Shown one piece after another: positions 52,546 through 64,000 of a DNA stretch of 64,000 nucleotides; positions within the stretch are counted from its first letter, which is position 1, and every line of letters starts with the position of its first letter. The notes below the pieces were generated by a model, which ran no database searches, was not told the DNA's origin, and saw only the letters and a program-made list of their open reading frames with translations. The translations under genes were made by a program, and so were the position numbers. This stretch comes from Balanoglossus misakiensis (lineage: Eukaryota; Animalia; Hemichordata), in NCBI GenBank assembly GCA_040954595.2, contig CM082579.2, forward strand, positions 7,305,625-7,369,624, read 5' to 3'.

Positions 52546-54664
52546 ATGGTAAGTGTTTATAGCCAGCAGAAACATGGAACATGTATTTAGATATTGATTA
52601 TGTACATGTACTTATGAAATTGAGTTCCAACGAGGTTATACTTTGACTTAAGGGCGATACTTTTTGTCATTTGTGGGTGGGGAAAATTGAACATAAATAA
52701 AGATCTGGATTGCAGAAAAAAATGGATGAAACGTTTCTTGTTTAGCATTCTACCTAGCTTGAACACAATGAAAACCAACATGAGTAAAAAGCCGATACTC
52801 ATACGCAAAATACACCCATTTCCACATGGGGAAGATGAGTGTAAAATTATGTGTTTTTATCTTAGACACTTGCATGGATGTCAGTCGCAGTGGTAGTTGT
52901 GTTGCTGCCGATGCATGCGAGCGGATTCCTGCTGAAACGAGAAGCTGACGTCAGAGATGAACAGTATTGTGATAAATGCAACATTGACGGTAACGGAGGC
53001 GATGGAGTGTATTACGTAGACTGTGACCAAACAAACCCGTGTCCTTCGGAACTGGTTGCCAAAATGACCGACGTTAAGAACGGGCTTGTGGAGGAAAGAA
53101 GTCAGAGCTCGTCGTTGATCGCTTTGAATTACAGGGGTGACACTGGCCATGTAGCCGTTCTATTATCTGACGAGCACTTCTCCGAAGACATCGATCTGGT
53201 AAGTCAACAGCTATATTTATACTTGACTCTGCGAACACTGATGGACGCAAAGTCTGGACTTTTGAAGATACACACATTTGAAGACACATCTGTACCAGAA
53301 TAGCACCAATGTCACTATGTCTCAACACTTAATTCATGTGACGTTTCTGCCTAGGGCCCTGGGGACGGAAATGATTTGATTTCCAGTTGTATACACTGCG
53401 ATGTGATAGACTATGAGAACGGAATTGGTCTTTGGAATTGTAAGGTATGTACCGTACATTTGGAACCTTGTTTGGCTATTGGTGTATTACCCATGCAGGG
53501 TAATACTAGTAAATGGGTGCTCTGGTCTGACAATATATCATGCTTGATGGTCACAGATAGTTGCGTGTGGTTGCTGCCACGTTCCCAAATGTTCACTACT
53601 TAACCGTACTCGTCACTGAGTCGATGCTCTCCTGGACCCCAATTAATGTTCTTATAGATGACCGATCTATTCACAGAGCTGGATTTTTACCTGCTTGACA
53701 CAGTGAGAAATTAGCAAAATCGAAATATTGTTACGACACGCTGGCCGTTCAGTTCCGAAACAGGGCAAATAGACTTACTGAATGGCTCGCTTTGGTGAAC
53801 CAACCAGCGCAGCACGCAACAAAGACGGTAAACAATAGGCACACCACACGTTATTTCCTTGCTTATGGAAACTTTTAATTACTACAACTAAACATTGGTA
53901 AATATAAAAAGATTGTACACTGGGAAGAAAGCACACAAAAATAAATGACTACCTTAAATGTGACCAGGTGTGGGAAATGAAAAACTAAAGTCCAAGCTAC
54001 CGCGAGCGCGACCAACACCACGGCAGTCCCAACAGCGACGTTCAGTCCGAGTAGCGTTCTGGCACAATTCCCCGGTAGACAGACGGCACGGCTTTCGGGC
54101 GAATTCCCCATGAGGTAGCACGACTTCTGGGCGCGGTTTCCAGACCAGGACAGCATGAAATACAGCACAGCTTCTGGGCGCGGTTTCCAGACCAGTGTAT
54201 CAGGAAATAAGGCACATCTTCCAAGCCGGCGAGGAACAGAACAGCTCACACGGGCAAGTCCAAATTAGTAGCTACGCCGCAACACAACGTGCGGGCTTTT
54301 TATATGGGGAAAATAATGAATGCACCACACCTGGTCACGCAAATATTCAAATTGCGAAAGTAAGCGAAAACACACCTGGTCACAAAACAACAGCTACGTA
54401 ACAATATGTAATATAAATATTCTGATCCAATTATCACAAATTATTGACAGGTCTGTATCTATATTCTATTATGTGCCTGAAGAGTGAACATTTGCCACGT
54501 TTTGTTTTGTCTTTCAGGAATCACAATGTCACGACGCATTCTCTGGTCCCTTTTCCTGGGTTCCTTTCAAACCACTGACCACTTCTTTTTCGGGTGGCAC
54601 TTGTCTGCAGGAAATCCCTCGCTTCGGTGTAGCGAACATCTACTGCAATTTCTTTATTGCATAA
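52546..54664 (+). CDS. Secreted Cys-rich preproprotein copy 2 (190 aa, 10 Cys)
   Basis: Exons 52546-52548, 52866-53198, 53355-53444, 54518-54664; intact frame; AATAAA at 54788. Confidence 0.88.
53729..54403 (-). mobile_element. Solo LTR (Gypsy-like, 675 bp) in intron 3 of copy 2
   Basis: Termini TGTTACG...CGTAACA (TG..CA, 7-bp inverted repeat) flanked by 4-bp target duplication ATAT (53725-53728 and 54404-54407); absent from intron 3 of copies 1, 3, 4, 5; internal direct repeats CTTCTGGGCGCGGTTTCCAGACCA x2. Strand assignment is tentative (TATA-like element on minus near 54296-54305). Confidence 0.8.
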
Positions 54665-54856
54665 TTTTGCCGAAAACACGGATGCGTGAAAGTAAACCTG
54701 ATTTCTGTCTCTCAATCACATTTAAAGTTGTCGATGTAAACAAGCTGTAGGCGTACCACCTTTCAACGAAATGTACTAGAAAATCAGAATAAAAAAATAT
54801 CTAATGGCAAATATTTTGTTATCAATATTTCCTTTCTACTTTCATATGATGGGTCT

Positions 54857-55080
54857 AACACAATCGGAACTATTTTGGGATAATTGCATACCGCTAAAAT
54901 GTGTACAAAACTATTTATATCGTTGTACTTGGGGGGAATGTGCTATTTCTGTCATTGTTTGAACAAAACAAAACAAAACAAAACAAAATGATAAATATGT
55001 ATGTAGGCTACATGCAGTGTGCTGAGAGTTTTACAGAGTTTATTACCATGCAATTATCCCAAAATAGTTCCAATCGTGTT
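54857..55080. mobile_element. MITE-like insert with ~33-bp inverted repeats
   Basis: AACACAATCGGAACTATTTTGGGATAATTGCAT (54857-54889) is the reverse complement, with 2 mismatches, of ATGCAATTATCCCAAAATAGTTCCAATCGTGTT (55048-55080). No clear target duplication. Confidence 0.55.
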
Positions 55081-55414
55081 CCATATAATATTTAGAAAAA
55101 TGACCCCTCCCCGCACCACAGGGGTAAATTTATAAAGAGCTGCATATGCGAGCAGCTCTCACAGGTGTCTAAATAGGACTCTATGACATATAGAGTCAGT
55201 ACAAAAATAATTTGGTCGATCTGATTATAATACGCTTCACAATGTATAAAAATACATTAACGACGCATTTTGTTTCAAGAAAACGAGGCCAAACTATTTC
55301 AACAGGGACTATTTTATCTCATTTACATATTGCCTGTGAAAAATACATGTACCACATATACACTTTGATCCAAGAAAACGAGGACAAAGCTTACAGTGTG
55401 CTGTCGTTCCTGAG

Positions 55415-56830
55415 ATGAATATTATGGTAAGTGAAAAATTTCACCTGAAACATAATGCATGTGTTCTTGTCAAATCAAATTGTGCCTAACCAGGTTGTTA
55501 TGTATGACTTTATGACAACTGTCATCTTCAGCATGATGCTTTTTTGTCGTTTGTGGGTGGGAATTATTAATATAGGGTATAATCGACTTAATCAAAATAC
55601 CATGGATTACAGGAAATTTGGGTGAACGTTTCTTGTATTGCTTTCTATCGATATTAAAACACGTGGAATACCAATCTTTTAGAGAAAGAACCTGATATTT
55701 AATACGAAATCGTCAAAGGAAACGAAATGGGTACGCATGGCACCCACATTCCAATATGGCGGACACGAATGTAAAGTTGTCTGTTTTCTATCTTAGACAC
55801 TTGCATGGATGCTAGTCGCGGCGATAGCTGTGTTACTGTCGATGCATTCCAGTGGCGCCCTGCTGAAAAGAGAACTTGGCGTCAATGAAGATCTCCCGTG
55901 TGATCAATGCAAGATTGACTATAATGGAGATGACGGAGTGTATTATATAGACTGTGATAAATCAACTACCCAGTGTTCATCGGAGATGGTGGCCAAAGTG
56001 AATGACGCTAAGAACGGGCTCGTACAGGAAACACATCGGATCTCGGCTTCGGTCGCTTTCGATTTCAAGGGTGACACTCACCATTTGGGCGTTATTTTAT
56101 TAGCTGGCCAGCACTTCTCTGAAGACGTCGATCTGGTAAGTCTGTCAGCTTTGAATCAGCAAAAACTGATGATCAAACTGTCTGGAATTCATCTATACAT
56201 ACTGTACACATTATGGAAGACAGTTCTGTACCAAAATATCACCAATGTCCATGTCTCAGCACATATCCATATTAAAGGTGGCGTTTCTGCCTGAATCATG
56301 TACATGTACACACATTTGTATAAAAAAGACATGCTCAGGATGAGATCCAAATTTGTAATAAAGTTAATCTCACCTTGTATTTCACGGTTCATTCTATTGA
56401 ATATAGGGTCCTGGGGACGGCAGTGCGTTGATTTCAAGCTGTCAACATTGCAATGCGATAGAGTACGCCAACGGAATTGTTCAATGGCACTGTAAGGTAT
56501 GTACATTTGGGACCATGTGTGGCTTCTCATGTTTTTTTTTCTTTGTTTGGACCGTTGGCCGAAACATATAGACAAGAGGTGATATCGGGCGAAGCAACAC
56601 AATATTGGCATGGCCTGTGTCTACATTACATAATGTTCCAGGAGAGTGGCAATTGTCTTGTTTTGTTTTATTTTCAGGAATCAGAATGTCACGACGCATT
56701 CTCGGGTCCCTTCTCTTGGGTTCCATTCAAACTGAATACCACTTCGATTCCTAGTGACGGCTGTCTCCAGGATATCCCACGTTTTGGTGAAGCGTACTTC
56801 TACTGCAGTTTCCCAAAGGCCTTCTTTTGA
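55415..56830 (+). CDS. Secreted Cys-rich preproprotein copy 3 (~197 aa, 10 Cys)
   Basis: Exons 55415-55426 (MNIM), 55797-56135, 56407-56496, 56678-56830; AATAAA at 56933. Confidence 0.88.
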
Positions 56831-57619
56831 CCCAACAAGGAGGCATGAGATCGTCTTTAAAGCCAATCGTCTTCAAAGGTGCCGATTTGAACAATCTGTA
56901 CCATGTCTCACTGAAATGTACTAGAAAACCACAATAAAGCAAAAGAAGAATTTCTCTCTCGGCAAATATTTTGTGTGCAATTGTTTTCTTTGTACTTTCC
57001 CATGATGTCACTACCACAGACATCGAATATTTGCAGAATTTCGTTTCAGAGATTGGAGATAGAACAGCAATATCCGAGAAAGTGAGCGAGATAAATTTTT
57101 ATCTGCCAGGGATTTACATGTCTCTGGCCGCCACTCTTTATTCCACAGTGTATAGTCTAATTTGGTTCTAAAGATGTCCACTAAATGTAGTTTTCTCGTG
57201 GTGTTATTGTTGATGGCTCGCCCGCATATATGAGCTCCTACTGTAAATGGATATATATGTTACCACGTGGTGTATTCGGGTGTCGCTCATCTTTTTGTAG
57301 TATATCACGAATTTTTATGGAGCACTGAAATTGTTTTCCTGAATACAATTATTGTGTGCCGCGCTCATCGTGCATAGACTGGCGCTACAGTTGTGTAGAC
57401 CAGTTGAATGAAAGTTGAATAGACTTTGAGTAATAATGTTCTCCATTTTCTTGGTAAAAACTACAAGACGTAAGAAATCGGGGAACTAAGTTATCCCATG
57501 ATACTTACAGGACCTTATGACAGCTAACTGTATACTTTGCATGAGAGTACGTTGTGAAATATCAATAGTAAAATGGATCGGATACGTAATATAGGCCTAT
57601 ATGTAGTTTCTAAACTACA

Positions 57620-57790
57620 TTTTACAATTACGCTTGAATTGCCAAATTGTTCTCCAACATTTAGGCTGAGTCAAAGGAAAGCCCATATAATATTAGAAAA
57701 ATGACCCCTCCACGCACCACAGGGGTAAATTTATTAAAGAGCTGCATATGTGAGCTGCTGTCACAGATGTTTAAATAGGACTCTATCGCA
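57620..57790 (+). other. Orphan duplicate of the family upstream block with no exons following it
   Basis: Matches 52238-52400 and 55080-55185 but stops before exon 1; a second upstream block follows at ~58130-58330. Confidence 0.65.
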
Positions 57791-58419
57791 AAGCAAGCAC
57801 ATATTTAAATTTGTTAAGTTATTTTGATGAAATGCAGGCATGTAAATTGTCATGCGCTCCTTTGGTTTCAAGGATCACAAAATAATTAAACTGTACTAAT
57901 ATTCACAGGAATGTATATGAAAATCATCATAAACCATGGAGTTTTATCCCGGGGTGGGTTTATCGAGGCAACTTGTATTTCAAACTTTATTATTTATACT
58001 GGTTGATTTCCTTTTTTAGTGATGCAGTAATTACTTTCTCGCGAATAATCGAACACCAAAATTATTTTCCTGAAATACACTCCAATTGTGTTTCCCGCGT
58101 TCATACAGGCCTACCAGTATTTACAAACCTGCTTTTTACAAAAACGCGTGAAATGACAAATTGTTCTCAAACATTAAGGCTGGGTCAAACAAAATCCTAC
58201 AATAGTACAACTGGTCCGTCCACGCGCCTCTGTAGTAAATTTATAAAGAGCAACATATGCAAGCTGCTCCTATATGTGTTTAAATATGGTTCTATCACGA
58301 CCTCACGTAAAGTCAGCACAAAAATAATTTGACCTGTTTACAATACGTTTTAAATGTCTAAACATACGACGCACTTTGTTTCAAGAAAGCGAGGCTTACA
58401 GTGTGCAGTCGTTCCTGAT

Positions 58420-59868
58420 ATGAACAATATGGTAAGTGTTTATGTTCAACAGAGACATAGGCCTAATACATGTATTTACACATCACTTCAAGACGATACT
58501 TTTTGTCGTGTGCTGATAGAGCATAATGCACGTCCATCTTCAACGTTTCTTGGTTACCCTTTTGCCTAACATGTATAACACATGTAAAACCAACACAAGA
58601 CCCTTTTCCGCACGGGGAAGATGAATGTAAACTTATCTGTTTTCTATCTAAGACACTTGCATGGATGCTAGTCGCAGTGGTAGCTGTGTTGCTGCCGATG
58701 CATGCGAGTGGCGCTCTGTTGAAAAGAGAAGTTGAACAGTATTGTGAAAAATGCGAGATTGGCGTTAATAGAGGCGATGGAGTGTATTACGCAGACTGTG
58801 ACAAAGCAAACACGTGTCCGTCGGAGTTGGTGGCCAAAGTGAATGATGTTAAGAACGGGCTTGTTGAGGAAAGAAATTGGCGCTCGGTTTCGTGCGCTGT
58901 GGATTTCAAGGGGGGCACTCACCACTTAGACGTTCTATTATCTGACCAGCACTTCTCCGAAGACATCGATCTGGTAAGTCAACAGCTATGTTTATACTTG
59001 ACTCTGCGAACAATGATGGACACGCAGTCCGGACTTTTGAAGATACACATATTTGAAGACACATCTGTACCAGAATAGCACCAATGTCAATATATATGTC
59101 TCATTAAGGTGACGTTTCTGCCTGAATCTTGCACACAAATTTGTAGATGAAAGATGTGCTCAGTATGACATTCAATTTCGTAGAGAAAGTTTTAGCAAAT
59201 ATTGTACCTCATTGTTTATTCTATTGGAATATACATAGGGCCCTGGGAATGGAAATGGCTTGATTTCCAGTTGTGTGCACTGCGATGGGATAGAGTATGC
59301 CAACGGAATTGGTCTTTGGAATTGTAAGGTATGTATATGAACCTTGTATGGCTTCTCGTGTGTTTTTTTCTGGACCATTGACCGAAACATATAGCTTGCA
59401 AGGTACATGGCATTTGTGCGGGGGGGGGGGGGGAATACACGTGTGCTTTGGCCTGACGTCAATATTGCAAATTTGATGGTCACATTTCGTTGCGTTTTTG
59501 CTGCAACGTTCTCAAATGGTCACTATACTGAGCACCCAGTTTGAAGTATGTAAACTCGAAATATTAATCTTCTGCCGTATTGGATGTTTAGACATTCGAT
59601 TGTGTTCACTTACTCAACACTCTCCAATTATCGCAAAAATATTGGCAGGTCTGTATCTATATTCTGTTATGTGCCTGGAGAGTGAACATTTGCCCTGTTT
59701 TGTTTTTGTTTGTTTTTTCAGGACTCACAATGTCACGACGCATTCTCGGGACCCTTTTCGTGGGTTCCATTCAAACCACTGACCAAATCCATTCATGATG
59801 GCTACTGTCTCGAGGATATCCCTCGCTTTGGTGAAGTGAACGTCTACTGCAATTTCTTTATTGCATAA
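58420..59868 (+). CDS. Secreted Cys-rich preproprotein copy 4 (~189 aa, 11 Cys)
   Basis: Exons 58420-58431 (MNNM), 58653-58973, 59239-59328, 59722-59868; extra Cys in SVSCAV; AATAAA at 59977. Confidence 0.88.
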
Positions 59869-60578
59869 TTTTGCATGAAAGTAAACATGATTTCTGTCTC
59901 TCAATCACCTTTAAAGTTGCCGATGTAAACAAGCTGTAGGCGTATCACGTTTCAGCGAAATGTACTAGAAAATCACAATAAAACAAAAAATTGGCAAATA
60001 GATAAATCATCATAAACCATATAGTTTTGTCCAGGCAACATGTGTTTCAACTTTATTATTTATACTGGTTGATTTACTGGTTGTAGTAATTACTTTCTCG
60101 CGAATAATCGAACACCAAAATTATTTCCTGAAATACACTCCAATTGTGTTTCCCGCGTTCATACAGGCCTACCAGTATTTATAAACCTGCTTTTTACAAT
60201 TTGAATTTGCATAAAGTGCAGTGAATAAACCTCTTTTTTTCTGAACATTACTGCATCTCCAACTGACAAGTTTGTATCGTTCCGATCTCAAATAGGTTGG
60301 AGAAAACTGATGATACGTGTGATGTATGATTGCATTTTTTTATAAGTATTATTCATAATATCGCATATGATTAAAAACAACTCGAAGATTTCTATTTTAA
60401 AACTATTTCAAGAGGGACTATTTTATCTCATTTACATATTGCCTGTGAAAAGTACCACATATATTTAGCCGGCAACACCAAGGTAGCCGGCAGTACATAT
60501 GCAATAACAAAGTTCCCACTGACACACTTTGATCCAAGAAAACGAGGACAAAGCTTACAGTGTGCTGTCGTTCCTGAT

Positions 60579-62090
60579 ATGAACAATATGGTAAGTGGGT
60601 ATTTTCAACAGAAACATAATATTTACTCATAAATTATGCGCGGATCAAATTGTGTCCTATAAGGGTTATTATACTTTGACTTCAAGATGATAATTTTGTC
60701 GTGTGTGGATATGATTATTAGAGCATATGGCACAATGGACCTAAACCTTCTGGACTGCAGAAAAATGAATGAAACTTTAATGGAGTACAAGAACTGATTT
60801 ACGAAACATAATACACCCTTTCCGGCAATATAAAGAAGACTAATATAACGTTGTCTGTTATCTATCTAGACACGTCCACGAATGCTTGTCACAGCAATAG
60901 TTGCGTTACTGTCGATGCATGCGAGTGGATTCCTGCTGAAAAGAGAAATTGACAACTTCTCTTGTGAAAAAGTTGAGAATGGCGTTAATGGAGTTGATGG
61001 AGTGTCTTACGCAGACTGTGATATAGTAAATTCGTGTCCTTCGGACCTGGTGGCCCAAGTGAATGACGTTAAGGACGGGCTTGTTGAGGAAAGCAAACGG
61101 ATCACGGCTTCGGTCGCTTTTGATTTCAAGGGTGACACTCACCATTTGGCCGTTATTTTATTAACTAGCGAGAACTTCTCTGAAGACGTCGATCTGGTAA
61201 GTCTACAGCTGTGCAAAAGTTTTGATTCTGCAAATACTGCACTGCTGCTCACACAAGCTTGACTTCATCTATACATAACGTACATGTGATGAAAAACTGG
61301 TCTGTACCGGAATACCACCAATTTGCATGGCTCAAATTCGTCATAAACGTTAAGCTCATTGTAAAGCTCACTGTTCATTCTATTCAATGTACTAGGGCCC
61401 TGGGGACGGAAGCAAGACGATTTCCGGCTGCCAAAACTGCGATGGGATAGAGTATGCCAACGGAATTATTCAATGGCATTGTAAGGTATGTACATTTGGG
61501 ACCATTCAATGCTATACTCATGTGGGTGTGTTTCTTTTCTGGACCGTTGGCCAAAACATACAGCTTGCAAAGTACATGGCATCCGGTACTGGGTAATAAA
61601 TGGATGCTCTGGCCTGAAAATATTACAAATGGATCGTCACAGATGGTTGCGTCTGTTGCTGCCACGTTGCTTCGATGCTTTCCTGGACCCCAATTAATGT
61701 TCTGATCGATGATCGATCTATTCACAGATCTGAATTGACCTGTTTGTCACATGGGAAATATGTAAAATGAAAATATTGAAAATCAAAATATAAATGTCCT
61801 GCCGTGATGGATGTTCAAACATTGTGTTCGCTTACTCAACGCTCGCCAATAAATCACATCGGCGTGGCCTGCATCCCTCCATATATATATATCATATTAT
61901 GTGCCTGGATAGTGACAATTGTTTTCTTTTGGTTTGTTTTCAGGAAGCAGAATGTCACGACGCATTCTCGGGTCCCTTCTCCTGGGTTCCGTTCAAACCA
62001 GTGACCAAATCCATTCACGATGGCTACTGTCTCGACAAATTCCCTCGCTTTGGCGAAGTGTTCTTCTACTGCAATTTCTTTATTTCCTAA
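60579..62090 (+). CDS. Secreted Cys-rich preproprotein copy 5 (~191 aa, 9 Cys)
   Basis: Exons 60579-60590, 60870-61196, 61396-61485, 61944-62090; CxxC changed to CEKV; AATAAA at 62208. Confidence 0.87.
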
Positions 62091-62859
62091 TTTTGACGAA
62101 AACACGGATGCACGAAACTATACACGATTCCTGTCAGCCAATCGTCTTCAAATGTGCCGATTTGAACAATCTGTACCATGTTTCACTGAAATGTACTAGA
62201 AAACCACAATAAAGCAAAATAGGAATTTCTCTCTCGGCAAATATTTTGTGTGCAATGTTTTCTTTGTACTTGCCCATGATGTAACTACAGACATCAAATA
62301 TTAAAATGTGACAATATTCACAGGCATGTATATATGAAATTCATCATAAACCATGTAGTTATATTCCGGGGTTTTATCTAGTAGGCAACTTATATTTCAA
62401 ATTTTATTACTTATACTGGTTGATTTCTTTTTTTAGTGATGCAGTAATTAATTTCTCGCGAATAATCGAACACCAAAATTATTTCCTGAAATACACTCCC
62501 ATTGTGTTTGCCGCGTTCATACAGGCCTACCAGTATGTACAAACCTGCTTTTTACAAAAACGCGTGAAATGACAAATTGCTCTCAAACATTAAGGCCAGG
62601 TCAACCAAAAGGCTTAGCCCACAATGGTACAACTGACCCGTCCACATACCGCTCTGGTAAATTTATAAAGAGCTGCATATGCGAGCCGTTCCCACAAATG
62701 ATTAAATATGGTTCTATCACGACCTCACGAAAAGAGTTTGTATAAAAATAATTTTGTTGACCTGGTTAAAATATGTTTTACATTTTTAATAATAACGTTC
62801 CGACGCACTTTGTTTCATAAAAGCGAAGACAAAGCTTACAGTGTACAGTCGTTCCCGAA

Positions 62860-63906
62860 ATGAACAATATGGTAAGTGTATACATGTATTTTCAACAGAC
62901 ATATAATACATATTTATCTTCACATCAAACAAGTTATGTTTGACTTTACGATAACCGTCATCCTCAAGGTGATACGTGTTGTCGTGTGTGGATGGGGATT
63001 ATTAGTGAAGGGCCACCTGGACTGCAGAAATGTCGATAGGACGTTTCTTGTTTCGCTTTCTGTCCAGCTTAAAACGTGAAATACCAATCTTTGAGTGTAA
63101 GAACTGATATTTAATACGAAACTGTCAAAGGGAGATGAATACGCGTAATAAACTGTTTCCAACATTGGTGAGATGAATGTAAAGTTGCCTGTCTTCTATC
63201 TAGACTCTTCCACGGTTGCTAGTCGCAGCAATAGCTGTGTTTCTGTCGACGCATGCCAGTGGCGCCCTGTTGAAAAGAGAAGTTGGCGTCAACGATGAAC
63301 AGTATTGTGATAAATGCAACATTGGCGTTAATGGTGATGATGACGGAGTGTTTTACCCAGACTGTGATACCCAAAGCCCGTGTCCCTCGGACCTGGTGGC
63401 CAAAGTGAACGATATTAAGGACGGGCTTGTAGAGGAAAGAAGTCGGAGCACGGCTACGGGAGTTGTGGATTTCAAGGGTGACACTCACCATGTAGCCGTT
63501 ATGATATCTGACCAGGTCCTCTCTGAGGACATCGATCTGGTAAGTCAACAGAACAGCTGTGCAAGTCATTGATTCTGCAAACACCGATGGTAACGCACTC
63601 TGGACTTCATATATACACAAGGAGATTTTAGGTATAGAAGACAGGTCTGTACCAGAATAGCACAAATGTCTCAACACATATTCATAATATAGGTGACGTT
63701 TTTTGTCTGAATCATGTACAATTTTTTTAGAACAAAGAAATGCTCAGTATGATCTAAATTCGTAAAACCAGTTTTAGCTAATCTTGTACCTCATTGTTTA
63801 TTCTATTGGAATATAGGGCCCCGGGGACGGAAATGAGTTGATTTCCGGTTGTCATCATTGCGATGTGATCGAGTATGCCAACGGAATTGGTCTTTGGCAT
63901 TGCAAG
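62860..63906 (+). CDS. Secreted Cys-rich preproprotein copy 6 (3'-partial; exon 4 beyond the window)
   Basis: Exons 62860-62871, 63204-63539, 63817-63906, homologous to copies 1-5. Confidence 0.86.
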
Positions 63907-64000
63907 GTATGTACATTTTGGGGCAGTTCGTGCGTGGCTTCTTATGTTTTTTTTCCACATAGGCCTATAGCTGGCAATGTACATTGAATCACGCGGGGGT

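Noticed and set aside
50435-63906. Naming the secreted family (copepod-type luciferase of similar size and Cys count, known toxin or neuropeptide precursor)
   Set aside because: No internal duplication, repeated amidated peptides or recognisable motif; size and Cys count alone are not evidence.
51245-63984. Recurrent minus-strand ORFs across the tandem array
   Set aside because: Antisense shadows of the conserved plus-strand exons; ends are inconsistent and they lack splice support.

Overview
Eukaryotic (animal) genomic DNA with spliceosomal introns, probably a marine invertebrate deuterostome; this is inferred from the C-type lectin/WSC-like/HYR/fucolectin domain mix and not verified. Five blocks: (1) 1-14.8 kb, an ~88-bp AT-rich satellite array with higher-order structure, joined to a ~4.2-kb (CATA)n-(CA/CCCA)n-(CATA)n microsatellite and a degenerate palindrome, a layout recalling a hugely expanded Helentron-type non-autonomous element. 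(2) 19.1-27.5 kb (+), a 5'-incomplete 24-exon adhesion GPCR. (3) 28.4-38.5 kb (-), a complete 27-exon paralogous adhesion GPCR facing it tail-to-tail; both have a non-canonical H-x-G GPS and a furin-type polybasic site inside the GAIN domain. (4) 40.0-48.8 kb (+), a 12-exon Ig-superfamily type I membrane protein (V-C2-6xIg-TM-NPxY). (5) 50.4-64 kb (+), at least six tandem 4-exon genes for a ~190-aa secreted ~10-Cys preproprotein that I do not recognise, one copy carrying a solo LTR. All gene models were spliced by hand from GT/AG signals and frame continuity; no databases were searched.
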